Source of the DNA: Tubiluchus corallicola
Taxonomy: Eukaryota > Animalia > Priapulida
Length of the DNA: 64,000 nucleotides
Assembly: GCA_030141605.1 (NCBI GenBank)
Contig: JAQGDQ010002383.1
Location: 1-64,000, forward strand
Direction: 5' to 3'
Shown here: positions 16,357 through 41,341 of the stretch, piece after piece
Numbering within the stretch: the stretch's first letter is position 1
Layout of the letters: every line of letters starts with the position of its first letter
Made by a program: the position numbers and the translations under genes
The notes under the pieces: generated by a model
What the model was told of the DNA's origin: nothing
Database searches by the model: none
The model's input: the letters and a program-made list of their open reading frames with translations, nothing else

Positions 16357-16399
16357 CTGGCCCCTGGATGGCTTCTTTTTTTGACGCCCCATTTTAAAC

Positions 16400-16583
16400 C
16401 GCGCGAAACCGCGCGAAAGTGTATGAAAGCGCGTGAAAGCGTGTGAAAGCGCATGAAAGCGTGTGAAAGTGTGTGAAAGTGTGTGAAACGAGGTAAAAAG
16501 CGCCTCAAACGAAGAAAAAGGGAGAAGTGGAGTTCCCGCCGAGGACTAATTAGTGCTAATTGGCGCTAATTGGCGCTAATTGG
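16400..16583. repeat. Subterminal tandem 10-mers (GAAAGYGYGT)n and (GCTAATTGGC)n of the element; mirrored at ~20305-20480
   Basis: Direct reading in both arms. Confidence 0.8.
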
Positions 16584-16801
16584 GGAGCCCCTGCCACCCC
16601 TCCGCCGCATGCAAACGTCCGTCCCGGGGGTCGGGGACACCCCCCTGCAACCCACCCCTCCGTCGCGTGGAATCGTCCACTGCAGGCAATGAGGGAAATC
16701 TTTTTCCCGCCACTCGCGCAGTGCCGACCCTTTTCCGCGACCACTTCTCTCTCTCTCGGGTGTCCTCCCTTTTCCGCGACCACTTCTCTCGCGGGTTTAG
16801 A

Positions 16802-16837
<36 letters not shown>

Positions 16838-17048
16838 CGTGTGGAGATTTATTTCAAACGCCAAAGTTCGATAAATGCATTTTCACAAATCTTTTTTTAT
16901 TGATGGATTACAAAAAATTTTTTTACATTTTTTATGCAAAATACATACGTGCTAAAACTAGATTATTATTATTATTATGGTGACATGATAGTTCTACATT
17001 TTACGTTTTTTTCGCAAATTACACAAATTACGCAAAATTACAGTAAAA

Positions 17049-17633
17049 CTACACTAATGACGACGAGCGAGTACATGGATTGTCGTCGTCGATGCGATAC
17101 AGACAAACGTTATTGTTGTTAAAAACGAATTCGTTAAATTTGCGGAAAACGCGAGAGAAATCCTCGACCTTTGTCCCGCCCATCATTATTATGCTTCCGG
17201 TGTGAAAAATGTTCAGAGTAATTTGCTCGCATTTGCAAGTTAGTTTGGGAAATAGTTCCACTTCGTAAAACACTTCTCTAAAAGAATGCGTCGAAGGACG
17301 AACGAGTTCTTCGTACAGTGCACCCAGTTTCAATCTGCAGCGAATTTTGGCTCTGGCGGTGATGGTGCGAATTGCGATCCCGTCGGCGGGCGTCAGTCCG
17401 AGACCTTTCGAGAGTTCTTCGATCGCATTGCGTAGTACTTTTTCCTCTGAAAAACCGTTGGCCACCACGGAGCCGGAGGCAAAAATCATCAGCGTCCCGC
17501 CCAGTCGCTTTAGCAGAACCATTTGCGGTTTCCTTTCGTAGCGTCTTCCGCCTGTTCTCCGCCAGAGTTCGTTCAGATCGAAGCGCTGCGAGAACGAAGC
17601 AGTGGCGACGATGTTGACCGTTTGGACTGACAC
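17049..17633 (-). CDS. TATA-binding protein (TBP)-like protein, left-arm copy (~194 aa, predicted GTG start)
   Basis: Two TBP repeats: VNIVATASFSQRFDL...TLMIFASGSVVANG and IRTITARAKI...FYEVELFPKL...LNIFHTGSIIMMG. Confidence 0.85.
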   Translation of the reverse strand: MSVQTVNIVATASFSQRFDLNELWRRTGGRRYERKPQMVLLKRLGGTLMIFASGSVVANGFSEEKVLRNAIEELSKGLGLTPADGIAIRTITARAKIRCRLKLGALYEELVRPSTHSFREVFYEVELFPKLTCKCEQITLNIFHTGSIIMMGGTKVEDFSRVFRKFNEFVFNNNNVCLYRIDDDNPCTRSSSLV

Positions 17634-18085
17634 GTTAGTACGTAGTTGGCAATCGTTTCGGACGCCCGAACCGCTCTGCCTCGTCCGTTGCTCTGCCAAC
17701 GTATGGCGGGCGGCGGGTGCTCGCTTTCCAGATCTTCTACGCGTATGACCACGCGATTTTTGGGGAGATGTTTTTTGACGAAATCGTACATCTCTGCCCC
17801 CTTGACGTAGGTGATCCTGCCTCTGGTGGTCTGTCGTAGAATGTTTTCCAATTCTGCGTACTCGATCATTCCCTCCTCCCACGAGATGCCGTGTATGTGT
17901 CTGATTAGGTAGTTGTAGGTGGATCGCTCGTGCTGGGGAACGCGATTCCAGGGGTGGGGCGGTTTGAAGGTGTAGTTGTGATATATGCCGGTCTCTATTT
18001 CGCGAATTACCAAATTTTTGACCAGGTATTCTTCTTTTCCGCACTGGAAGGCATCTACGGTGAGAACTATGCTCGATTCAGACAT
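17573..18085 (-). CDS. Maverick/virus-associated DEDD/RNase-H-like exonuclease-fold protein, left copy (170 aa)
   Basis: ATG start and intact ORF. Motifs VDAF..YLVKNL..YTFKPPHPW..YLIRHIHGISWEEG..YVKG..VEDL resemble an uncharacterised family I recall from arthropod Polintons. Confidence 0.65.
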   Translation of the reverse strand: MSESSIVLTVDAFQCGKEEYLVKNLVIREIETGIYHNYTFKPPHPWNRVPQHERSTYNYLIRHIHGISWEEGMIEYAELENILRQTTRGRITYVKGAEMYDFVKKHLPKNRVVIRVEDLESEHPPPAIRWQSNGRGRAVRASETIANYVLTCQSKRSTSSPLLRSRSASI

Positions 18086-18359
18086 CTGTGACGATGGGGG
18101 GTCCTTCTACGCCGTCGGCAACGAGTTTTCCTTCGATGACGATTTGCTTGTGATTGTTCACAAATTCCAGAGACTTGATTTTTTCGAAGGTGTATTTTTT
18201 TATGACCTTGTTGGGGGCACTCTTGCGTGCGTTGGCGCGCTTGCCGCCCCGCGTCCCCGCTTGTTGTTGTTGCTTGCGAGGAACGGTGGTTAGAGGTTGT
18301 TTGAAATCCTGCAAGAGAAGAAGAACAATAGTTATAGTATTGTTGTTCGCTAACGACAA
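18078..18359 (-). CDS. Small basic hypothetical viral ORF (start uncertain)
   Basis: Stop overlaps the ATG of the exonuclease-like gene (ATGTCTGA). It runs from the spacer into the left arm. The right arm holds only its 3' part (18618-18824). Confidence 0.45.
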   Translation of the reverse strand: MSLANNNTITIVLLLLQDFKQPLTTVPRKQQQQAGTRGGKRANARKSAPNKVIKKYTFEKIKSLEFVNNHKQIVIEGKLVADGVEGPPIVTDV

Positions 18360-18526
18360 CTAGGCATTTTTGATGAGCCATTCTTTCAGATTTCTAGGTT
18401 TTTTGGGGGCAGTGGGGGTGAGCACCATCGGCGGCGATGGAGGGGGCGTCGCGGAAATTACGAGTTTGTCTTCTTCTTTATCATCATCTTTCTCCTCTTC
18501 CTCCTCCTCCTCTCGAAAGATGTCCA
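18360..18526 (-). CDS. Small acidic/proline-rich hypothetical ORF (MDIFREEEEEEEK...PPPSPP...TPTAPKKPR)
   Basis: ATG-initiated ~55-aa ORF in the spacer, co-oriented with and abutting the next gene. Confidence 0.35.
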
Positions 18527-18816
18527 TTCGTGTCCCTCTCTCGCGTCTGCTTTTACACGGAGGGGCGGAGGTGCCGACGTCCGTGTCTGGCAGACTTCTT
18601 TCCGTCCAGTTTGTCCAGTTCCTCGCAAGCAACAACAACAAGCGGGGACGCGGGGCGGCAAGCGCGCCAACGCACGCAAGAGTGCCCCCAACAAGGTCAT
18701 AAAAAAATACACCTTCGAAAAAATCAAGTCTCTGGAATTTGTGAACAATCACAAGCAAATCGTCATCGAAGGAAAACTCGTTGCCGACGGCGTAGAAGGA
18801 CCCCCCATCGTCACAG

Positions 18817-19329
18817 ATGTCTGAATCGAGCATAGTTCTCACCGTAGATGCCTTCCAGTGCGGAAAAGAAGAATACCTGGTCAAAAATTTGGTAATTCGC
18901 GAAATAGAGACCGGCATATATCACAACTACACCTTCAAACCGCCCCACCCCTGGAATCGTGTTCCCCAGCACAAGCGATCCACCTACAACTACCTAATCA
19001 GACACATACACGGCATCTCGTGGGAGGAGGGAATGATCGAGTACGCAGAATTGGAAAACATTCTACGACAGACCACCAGAGGCAGGATCACCTACGTCAA
19101 GGGAGCAGAGATGTACGATTTCGTCAAAAAACATCTCCCCAAAAATCGCGTGGTCATACGCGTAGAGGATCTGGAAAGCGACCACCCGCCGCCCGCCATA
19201 CGTTGGCAGAGCAACGGACGAGGCAGAGCGGTTCGGGCGTCCGAAACGATTGCCAACTATGTTCTAACGTGTCAGTCCAAACGGTCAACATCGTCGCCAC
19301 GGCTTCGTTCTCGCAGCGCTTCGATCTGA
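18817..19329 (+). CDS. Exonuclease-fold protein, right-arm copy (170 aa)
   Basis: Near-identical to the left copy, with mostly synonymous differences. Confidence 0.65.
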   Translation: MSESSIVLTVDAFQCGKEEYLVKNLVIREIETGIYHNYTFKPPHPWNRVPQHKRSTYNYLIRHIHGISWEEGMIEYAELENILRQTTRGRITYVKGAEMYDFVKKHLPKNRVVIRVEDLESDHPPPAIRWQSNGRGRAVRASETIANYVLTCQSKRSTSSPRLRSRSASI

Positions 19330-19859
19330 ACGAACTCCGGCGGAGAACGGGCGGAAGACGCTACGAAAGAAAACCGCAAATGCTTCTGCTAAAGCGACTG
19401 GGCGGGACGCTGATGATTTTTGCCTCCGGCTCCGTGGTGGCCAACGGTTTTTCGGAGGAAAAAGTACTACGCAATGCGATCGAAGAACTCTCGAAAGGTC
19501 TCGGACTGACGCCCGCCGACGGGATCGCAATTCGCACCATCACCGCCAGAGCCAAAATTCGCTGCAGATTGAAACTGGGTGCACTGTACGAAGAACTCGT
19601 TCGTCCTTCGACGCATTCTTTTAGAGAAGTGTTTTACGAAGTGGAACTATTTCCCAAACTAACTTGCAAATGCGAGCAAATTACTCTGAACATTTTTCAC
19701 ACCGGAAGCATAATAATGATGGGCGGGACAAAGGTCGAGGATTTCTCTCACGTTTTCCGCAAATTTAACGAATTCGTTTTTAACAACAATAACGTTTGTC
19801 TGTATCACATCGACGACGACGACGACAATCCATGTACTCGCTCGTCGTCATTAGTGTAG
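19269..19859 (+). CDS. TBP-like protein, right-arm copy (~196 aa, predicted GTG start)
   Basis: Same two TBP repeats, open frame, stop TAG at 19857-19859. Confidence 0.85.
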   Translation: MSVQTVNIVATASFSQRFDLNELRRRTGGRRYERKPQMLLLKRLGGTLMIFASGSVVANGFSEEKVLRNAIEELSKGLGLTPADGIAIRTITARAKIRCRLKLGALYEELVRPSTHSFREVFYEVELFPKLTCKCEQITLNIFHTGSIIMMGGTKVEDFSHVFRKFNEFVFNNNNVCLYHIDDDDDNPCTRSSSLV

Positions 19860-21275
19860 TTTTACTGTAATTTGCATAATTTGTGTAATTTGCGAAAAAA
19901 ACGTAAAATGTAGAACTATCACGTCACCATAATAATAATAATAATCTAGTTTTAGCACGTATGTATTTTGCATAAAAAAATGTAAAAAAAATTTTTTGTA
20001 ATCCATCAATAAAAAAGATTTGTGAAAATGCATTTATCGAACTTTGGCGTTTGAAATAAATCTCCACACACACACACACACACACACATCTAAACCCGCG
20101 AGAGAAGTGGTCGCGGAAAAGGGAGGGCACCCGAGAGAGAGAAGTGGTCGCGGAAAAGGGCCGGCACTGCGCGAGTGGGGGGGGGGAAGATTTCCCTCAT
20201 TGCCTGCAATGGACGATTCCACGTGACGGAGGGGTGGGTTGCAGGGGGGGTGTCCCCGACCCCCGGGACGGACGTTTGCACGCGGCGGAGGGGTGGCAGG
20301 GGCTCGCCAATTAGCGCCAATTAGCACTAATTAGTCCTCGGCGGGAACTCCACTTCTCCCTTTTTCTTCGTTTGAGGCGCTTTTTACCTCGTTTCACACA
20401 CTTTCACACGCTTTCGCGCACTTTCACACACTTTCACGCGCTTTCACACACTTTCACATGCTTTCGCGCGGTTTTGCGCGGTTTAAAATGGGGTGTCAAA
20501 AAAAGAAGCCATCCAGGGGTCAATGAACTTTGGTCACGTGACCTAGAGTTCAAGGTCATTCGATCCAAATGAAGCCATGCGGGAGGGAAAAACTGCAAAA
20601 TTTTTACCTCGTTTCACACGCCTTTTCTTCGTTTTTCTTTGTTTTTCGCGCTTTTTCGTCGATTTCGGTCACGTGCGCACTTTCACACGGGTTTTCACAC
20701 TTTTTTAGGGGTTTTCGCGGATTTTCGCACTTTTTTAGGGGTGTTTTTCCCCACCCCCCCGGGCAGCCAAAGGGGGGGTGGGGAAATCGGCCAGAGGCAA
20801 AACATCTATACTACTGAGGCCGAAATACCTGGGAAAGTTAAAGTTGTCCAAAAGTCCTGTAAGACCTTCACGACCTGGTAGAACCAGTACTTGACAATAA
20901 TTATTGAAATTATCTCTTTTACTGCATTTGTCACAGACTGGCAATGTTTAAAGCATGTGACGCAAATTGTGGCCTTCAACTATAGGTGACAGTAGGAAAT
21001 TGTAATAAAACCCATCGACCTGTTTTTGTGACTTGATTATAGCTTTTTAATATAAGGCTTAGTTCTAAAAATCCTAACGTTGATTGGGATAATATGTACA
21101 AAACATCCAGGTTACAGAATTCTTGAGATTCGAACACCAAACTATCACTGTCCGTTTGTTTTGGATTTTTTTTTGTAAAAAATAAACCAAAACAGGTACA
21201 CCAGGGGAAAGTAATTTTTGTTATTATAATGGTTATTCTCGCGGTGATTTCCAAATAGTTGTTTTCTTTTTATAG

Positions 21276-35378
<14,103 letters not shown>

Positions 35379-36171
35379 ACAGATTAATTTTTGATGTAAA
35401 CTGTCTGTGATGAGATATGTAAATAAATTTTATTGTTCAGTAAAACAGTAGCTTTTAATTGGCTTTTTTCCTTTTTAACTTATTGTTCAAACTAGCGATA
35501 TTATAATCAATATTGCACATGCAAAAGCATTAAAAGAACCTTTCTAAGATGATTAGCACTATTGGCACTAATTGGGAACTCTTCGCTCTCCGTTTACTAA
35601 ATGTAGTGTTCGGCTAACTTCGTTTATTTTTAGATACAAATTGTCTCAAACAAGGCCATTAGCTACTCAGGGAAAGAGTTACAATAGGAGTGGAAATATG
35701 AGTACATTTCCAGAACAAAAGTATTCTTGTAAGTTGAAAGGGAAACAATTTTATAGCAGGAGGTTTCACTGATAACTTGTGCATACACAGTCCATTTGAA
35801 GAGTTCCACTATTACCTGGTATAGACTGGAAAGCGAAGTTGACAAAGCACGCAGAAAAATATTATCATTGGTAGAGCATTCCAAGCTAACGGATATTCTT
35901 GAAAACTTTAGATTTCCTTGGAAATCAAATCTCACAGTTTTCCGTCATCTGCAGAAGCTGTATTCCTCATATCTGTATAACCTCAAAGGCCTGTCTCCAA
36001 GAGGTGGATCTCGTGGGACTCATCGATACTTATAGCCCCTTTTTGCCCTTCATTCCAATGCAGAAATCGAAGTTTTAACAATGAGGAGATCATCCTTGTC
36101 AATGGCGGTTCCGATCTTTTAGAACTGGCGACCATTTCAAATACACTTGTGGGAAAATCACCAGTGTTATG

Positions 36172-36222
<51 letters not shown>

Positions 36223-37096
36223 ATGCGTGTGTCCAAAATCTTTCAACCAAGAGCTGTGTGTGTGCGTGCGTACGTGCGTGCGTGTGTATGTCCAAAATCT
36301 TTCAACCAAGAGCCGTTGAATTTAACAAAATTCACTAACTGGAATAGTCAATAGAGTGATATAATTCACAAGTACTGCTGAGATGAACTAATAGATCATG
36401 CGACTACAATACTGCAAAACTATCCGCTTGTTACAGAATAATTTTTTCGAAAGCTCACAATGACTTGGTCAAACCTAACATTAAAATTTCGTCTTCTGTC
36501 TGGATCCTCAGGACTTTTTCTTCTGTCTTTTTGAATTGTCTTTCACAAAGCCAGTTCAGTCAAATTCTGTAGATGTTTCATGAAATCGCGCGTTTGTGTT
36601 TGAAGCAACCCTTCCCTATTCAGAATATGCTGGCCGACAGTATGGCTTCAAACAGTTCCATAAGATCAGAGAGTTATTCAACGTGTTGGGTTTTGCAAGG
36701 TTACACGTGTATGATACAGATTTCTTGTGACGTATCAGCACGACGAATAGGCCACCAATACCAGGTAAGAATTAAACATTTTGTAAATTAATTTCTCCCA
36801 ATTTTCATTTACAGAATTTTGTAGTTTGTAAATTTTTGGAAAATTTGTTGATCGTGTTCACACTTATAAAAAAAGTTTTCATGAAATTATATATTCATTG
36901 CATTATAGCTACTGTAGTCTCAGTGTATTTCAAGAAATTAAGATTACGTGTATTTTAGAAGTGAACTAAGTTTTACACCTAAATGTTAGTGGATTCTCAC
37001 CTAGCATTAACGATAACCTACCATTTCTCTAGTTAACGTGCATTGTAGAACAACTTTAAAAAACGTTTTTTATTTGCCATCTGACAAAAACGTTTT

Positions 37097-39448
37097 TAGT
37101 GTGCATGTCACGTTTAATTTTAGGTTATTGAGGCAAACATCACTTAGACTAGTACAGCAGTTTTTATTCGTTAATTTATAAAAGAGGTATATTTAAACTT
37201 TAGTCAATTATATTCAAAACATTAACGCAGTTACGTACTTAAGGCCTAAACTAATTGTAAGAGAGAAATTTTTAGACGATGCCACTGCATACATAAACCA
37301 TAGGGAATACAGTAATATCAAATTTAATTATCGTCTTTTTATTCAGATTTTCAATTTAGAATAAACACTTGGCACTCACGACCAAGTGGTCACTAAGCTA
37401 ACTGTGTTAAACCAATGACACACGGCCGCCAAAACACACAAACCCGCCGACGTCGGCCATGATAACTCTCCTTAACAGGGCTGTCTCTCCCATTAATGCA
37501 AACCAGGCAGTTGCGCAGGGCACCAAATTTTGGTTGGCGTCAAATTCTGGAAGTAATTATTTCATTTTGAAGTTTAGCTTAAGTAATAACATAGCGTATG
37601 TGTAATAACATAGCTTAAGTAATAACATTGTGTATGTGTAATAACATAGCTTAAGTAATAAAATTGTGTATGTGTAATACCATAGCTTAAGTAATAACAT
37701 TGTGTATGTGTAACATAGATTAAGTAATAGCATTGTGTATGTGTAGTAATATAGCTTAAGTAATAACATTGTGTATGTGTAATAACATAGCTTAAGTAAT
37801 AACATTGTGTATGTGTAATAATATAGCTTAAGTAATAACATTGTGTATGTGTAATAACATAGCTTAAGTAATAACATTGTGTATGTGTAATAATATAGCT
37901 TAAGTAATAACATAGCGTATGTGTAATAACATAGCTTAAGTAATAACATTGTGTATGTGTAATAATATAGCTTAAGTAATAACATAGCGTATGTGTAATA
38001 ACATAGCTTAAGTAATAACATTGTGTATGTGTAATAATATAGTTTAAGTAATAACATTGTGTATGTGTAATAATATAGCTTAAGTAATAACATTGTGTAT
38101 GTGTAATAACATAGATTAAGTAATAACATTGTGTATGTGTAATAACATAGATTAAGTAATAACATTGTGTATGTGTAATAACATAGCTTAAGTAACAACA
38201 TAGCGTATGTGTAATTCTTTAAGTGCGCAACACTAATCAAACGAAACGAACCATAATCTTTCTGTCGAAATGGATAATTCATCGATGCTAGGAAGTTAAT
38301 TCCTACAGCAAAACACTTTCTAGTTTAGTTTTATTTGTATTTCTAAGATTACATCATTCCACTCAGACATTTCTTGCGCGTGATTTTGCAAGCATTTTCT
38401 ATTCTATGCATCGAGCAGCCTCGCTACGTAAGTGCTTATTGTAATGACCCTTACGTTAATAAACACTTCTTTCTATAGCATTTGTCTAATTATGCCAAAT
38501 AAACTTACAAGAGTCGAAGTGTTTAGGAGCGGAATTATACAGGAAATGAAAAGCAAGAAAGCTAGCGGGTGACGGGTGGCGGGTGGCGACAATGAACAGC
38601 AGAAAGATTCGCCAGTGAAGCATTTGCAACAAAACCAGAGTTATGAAGCAGATGAAGCTAGTGAAATGGATGTACACGAAGAAAGAAGTTAAAGTTTCAA
38701 GGATTTCCTGACGAATAGCTGAGGGAAAATCTAAACAAGAAGAGCTGAAATCACAGAAATTTGATTGCTCCTGTAATAGGGTTATAAAGTCAGTTTCAAA
38801 TTTAGTCAACACAATACAAGCTGTAGATAGGTAATTGACCACACTTAATTAGTTCACTATCACACATGCATAAGTCTAACACACAGGTACCATTATACTT
38901 TATTATAATATCATACAAGAAAAATTCAAATTTGCTGATGCTGTGTGAACCGGGGTGGAAGGGGTTGACCGTTGTTCAAATTCCGTCAACACAGCACAAA
39001 CTGTAGATCTATCACACATGCATAAGCCTAACGCACAGGTAGCATTATACTTTACTATAATATTATACAAGAAAAATTCAATTTTGCGGGTGCTGTGTGG
39101 ACCGTGGAAGGGGTTGACCGTTGAAGAGGGGGCGCTAAAACTAATTTTCCCTAAGGCCTACTAAGGAAAATTGTGTTAGCCATGACCCCTTAGATCTGAA
39201 TAAAAAGACGATACTTCAATTTGATATTACTGTACACCACATGGTTTATGTATGTATTTTAAATTTCTCTCATGCAATTAGCTTAGGTCTTAAGTACGTA
39301 ATTGCGTTAATGTTTCGAACAGACATCAAAAATAATTCACTAAGAGTTTAAATATACCTGTTTTATAAATTAATAAATAAATACTGCTGTACTAGTCCAA
39401 GTGATTTTTGCCTCTGTAATTTAAAATTAAACGTGATATGCACACTCA
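37097..39448. mobile_element. Non-autonomous DNA transposon with ~250-bp imperfect TIRs
   Basis: 37097-37349 is an inverted match to 39194-39448 (GTGTGCATGTCACGTTTAATTTTA... / ...TAAAATTAAACGTGATATGCACAC). No transposase ORF seen. Confidence 0.7.
37575..38214. repeat. 36-bp minisatellite, ~18 units
   Basis: Unit AGCTTAAGTAATAACATTGTGTATGTGTAATAACAT. Confidence 0.95.
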
Positions 39449-41341
39449 GACTACCTAGAGCCCACCCTGCTCGTTAAATTATAGAAGCCATTGAAAAGAT
39501 TCACACTTGTGAAACTACTAGCTGTTCGCGTCTGTAGTGTAATGTAACTACAAAAACTTATAAATTAAGTATCTTAGCGCATTATATCGTTGTATGTAAA
39601 AATGTCCTACCGAAGAGAGACACTGCCAGTTCAAGCATTTTTCGTTCTTTGATTTGATACAGTGAGTTATCATTGATAGACGGTGCTATACTTAATTTCT
39701 CTAAGGAAAAAGCCAGAAAGGCACTTAGTATATATGCTAAACAGTCCGTTCATCGCTTATGTTTTCCTTTATTGCTATTTTGATGATTGCTGTTCATTGC
39801 TAGTTTTGCTGCTAGCTAAAATACTCGTGTTTATCTAACTGTCTTTCATGTTTGGCATCAAAATTTCATCAATTGTTGGTTTTTTCCATCCTTAAAGGAA
39901 GACAGGGTGATTTTTTTATATACCAGCCCATTTCAAGTCCGATAAAAGGGATACATTTTAACACAATTAATACCGCAAAAGTAGTTCTCATAATTAAATA
40001 ATAGATTAAAAATTTAATTAACGGCGGGCTAGCCCACCTATTGATGACATCACCAATTAACATAATTTTCAAAGGCAAAAATACTCCACTAGCTTGTTTG
40101 AACTGTTTGAAAAGTACAGTGGTATTCAGTGTGTTGTATCAAAGCAAGGCAAGTTTTAATATAAAAATTCAAATTTCAGAATAAGTGCTGTGCTCACGCA
40201 TGAGCTGTCGAATGTTTGTAGTTCGTCGCAAACTAACGCATCTGAACAGAGAGGCACAGCACCTGTTTTTTGTGCATTGCGTTTCTGAAATGCAGGCGCT
40301 AGTGCCCGTCTAGCTAACGAATGGCGAAATGCATGTAACAGCGAAGAACTAGTGGCGCGAACGTGAAATTGTATTTCTGGGGTATTAATTATTTCACGTA
40401 AGTCATTTTTGAAAAAAAGAGTATGTTTCCTTTCAATATTTTAAAGAGTAGATTGTTTTGACCTACAGTTTAAGATTAGGCCTGGTTTTACTTTAATAAT
40501 AATAATCTTGATTCTAGTTACTCAATTAAGTCATTAATTTTCCACAGAAATTTCAGGATCAAAATTGATGTTAATTGTTAGATTCACTCCAGTGTAAGAG
40601 GTCTAACAGTGGAAATGCTGAAATTAGTTTACCAAACAAAAAGAATGAACTTTGGGCTGCTTTAATCATTGGAAATAGGGAAATAGGGAGACAAAATCCA
40701 GGCTGTATCCCATCTATTTTCAAATTTCCTGTCTCTGGGCTTTAGTATCAAAATTTAATTTACTGTATCTTTGTTCCATCATTCATGTTCTGTCATTGTT
40801 TTAATTTTGTCGGAAAAATTTATTTGACCCAACATCTTGGTCTGTGGATAGTTTTTTCCTAGAAACGGAGAAGGGTTTTTATGGGATATGAAAAAGGGTG
40901 GTTATATTTTCACTGTTTGTGACGTTTTTCTGCCTAGACCCGAAGTCTCATTTTCATTTTCTTTTCGGGACTGTGCAGTGATTGTAAAATGCTTAGCAAG
41001 AAAAACATTTTTACGTTTTAATTTGGTTTTCCCACAAAAATAAATCTGTGTATACGAGTTACGTGCCTATTCCGACAGAACTATAACTACAATGTATTAC
41101 CGGTTTATTTCCTAAACGCTATTTCGCCAACTTAAACATCGAAATTTTAAGTTTCGAAGTTTTACAAACGACGAGTAAAATCATCAGCAATACAAGTGCA
41201 CTAATTCTCAGATTATTTTCCCACTAAACTGTGAATTTTACTCTTGTTGTTGGAGTGTGTCCCATTCTTTTGTGCTTGCTAAACTATTTTGGGATAAATT
41301 GCGCTAAGCATTCTTTCATGTAAGTCATTTTTGAAAAAAAA

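Larger units (their letters stand above)
16057..20815. mobile_element. Maverick/Polinton-like (endogenous virus) derived quasi-palindrome: inverted arms 16057-18284 and 18618-20815, 333-bp spacer
   Basis: Left end AGTAGGATAGATGTTACACCTCTGGCCGATTTCC matches the reverse complement of the right end (AGTAGTATAGATGTTTTGCCTCTGGCCGATTTCC). 5'-AG...CT-3' AGT-repeat termini are typical of Mavericks. GC-rich, intronless, overlapping ORFs. No polymerase, integrase or capsid gene present. Flanking hexamers CTGTAA / GAGGCC give no 6-bp TSD. Confidence 0.75.

Noticed and set aside
18858-19268. N-terminal ~137 aa of the 333-aa ORF (and of the 331-aa mirror ORF)
   Set aside because: Shadow frame of the exonuclease-like gene. 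Arm differences are silent in the other frame, and TBP homology starts only at 19269.
37557-38282. 241-aa LLLKLCYYTYTM ORF, and the Cys-rich ORFs at 62222-63019
   Set aside because: Translations of minisatellites.
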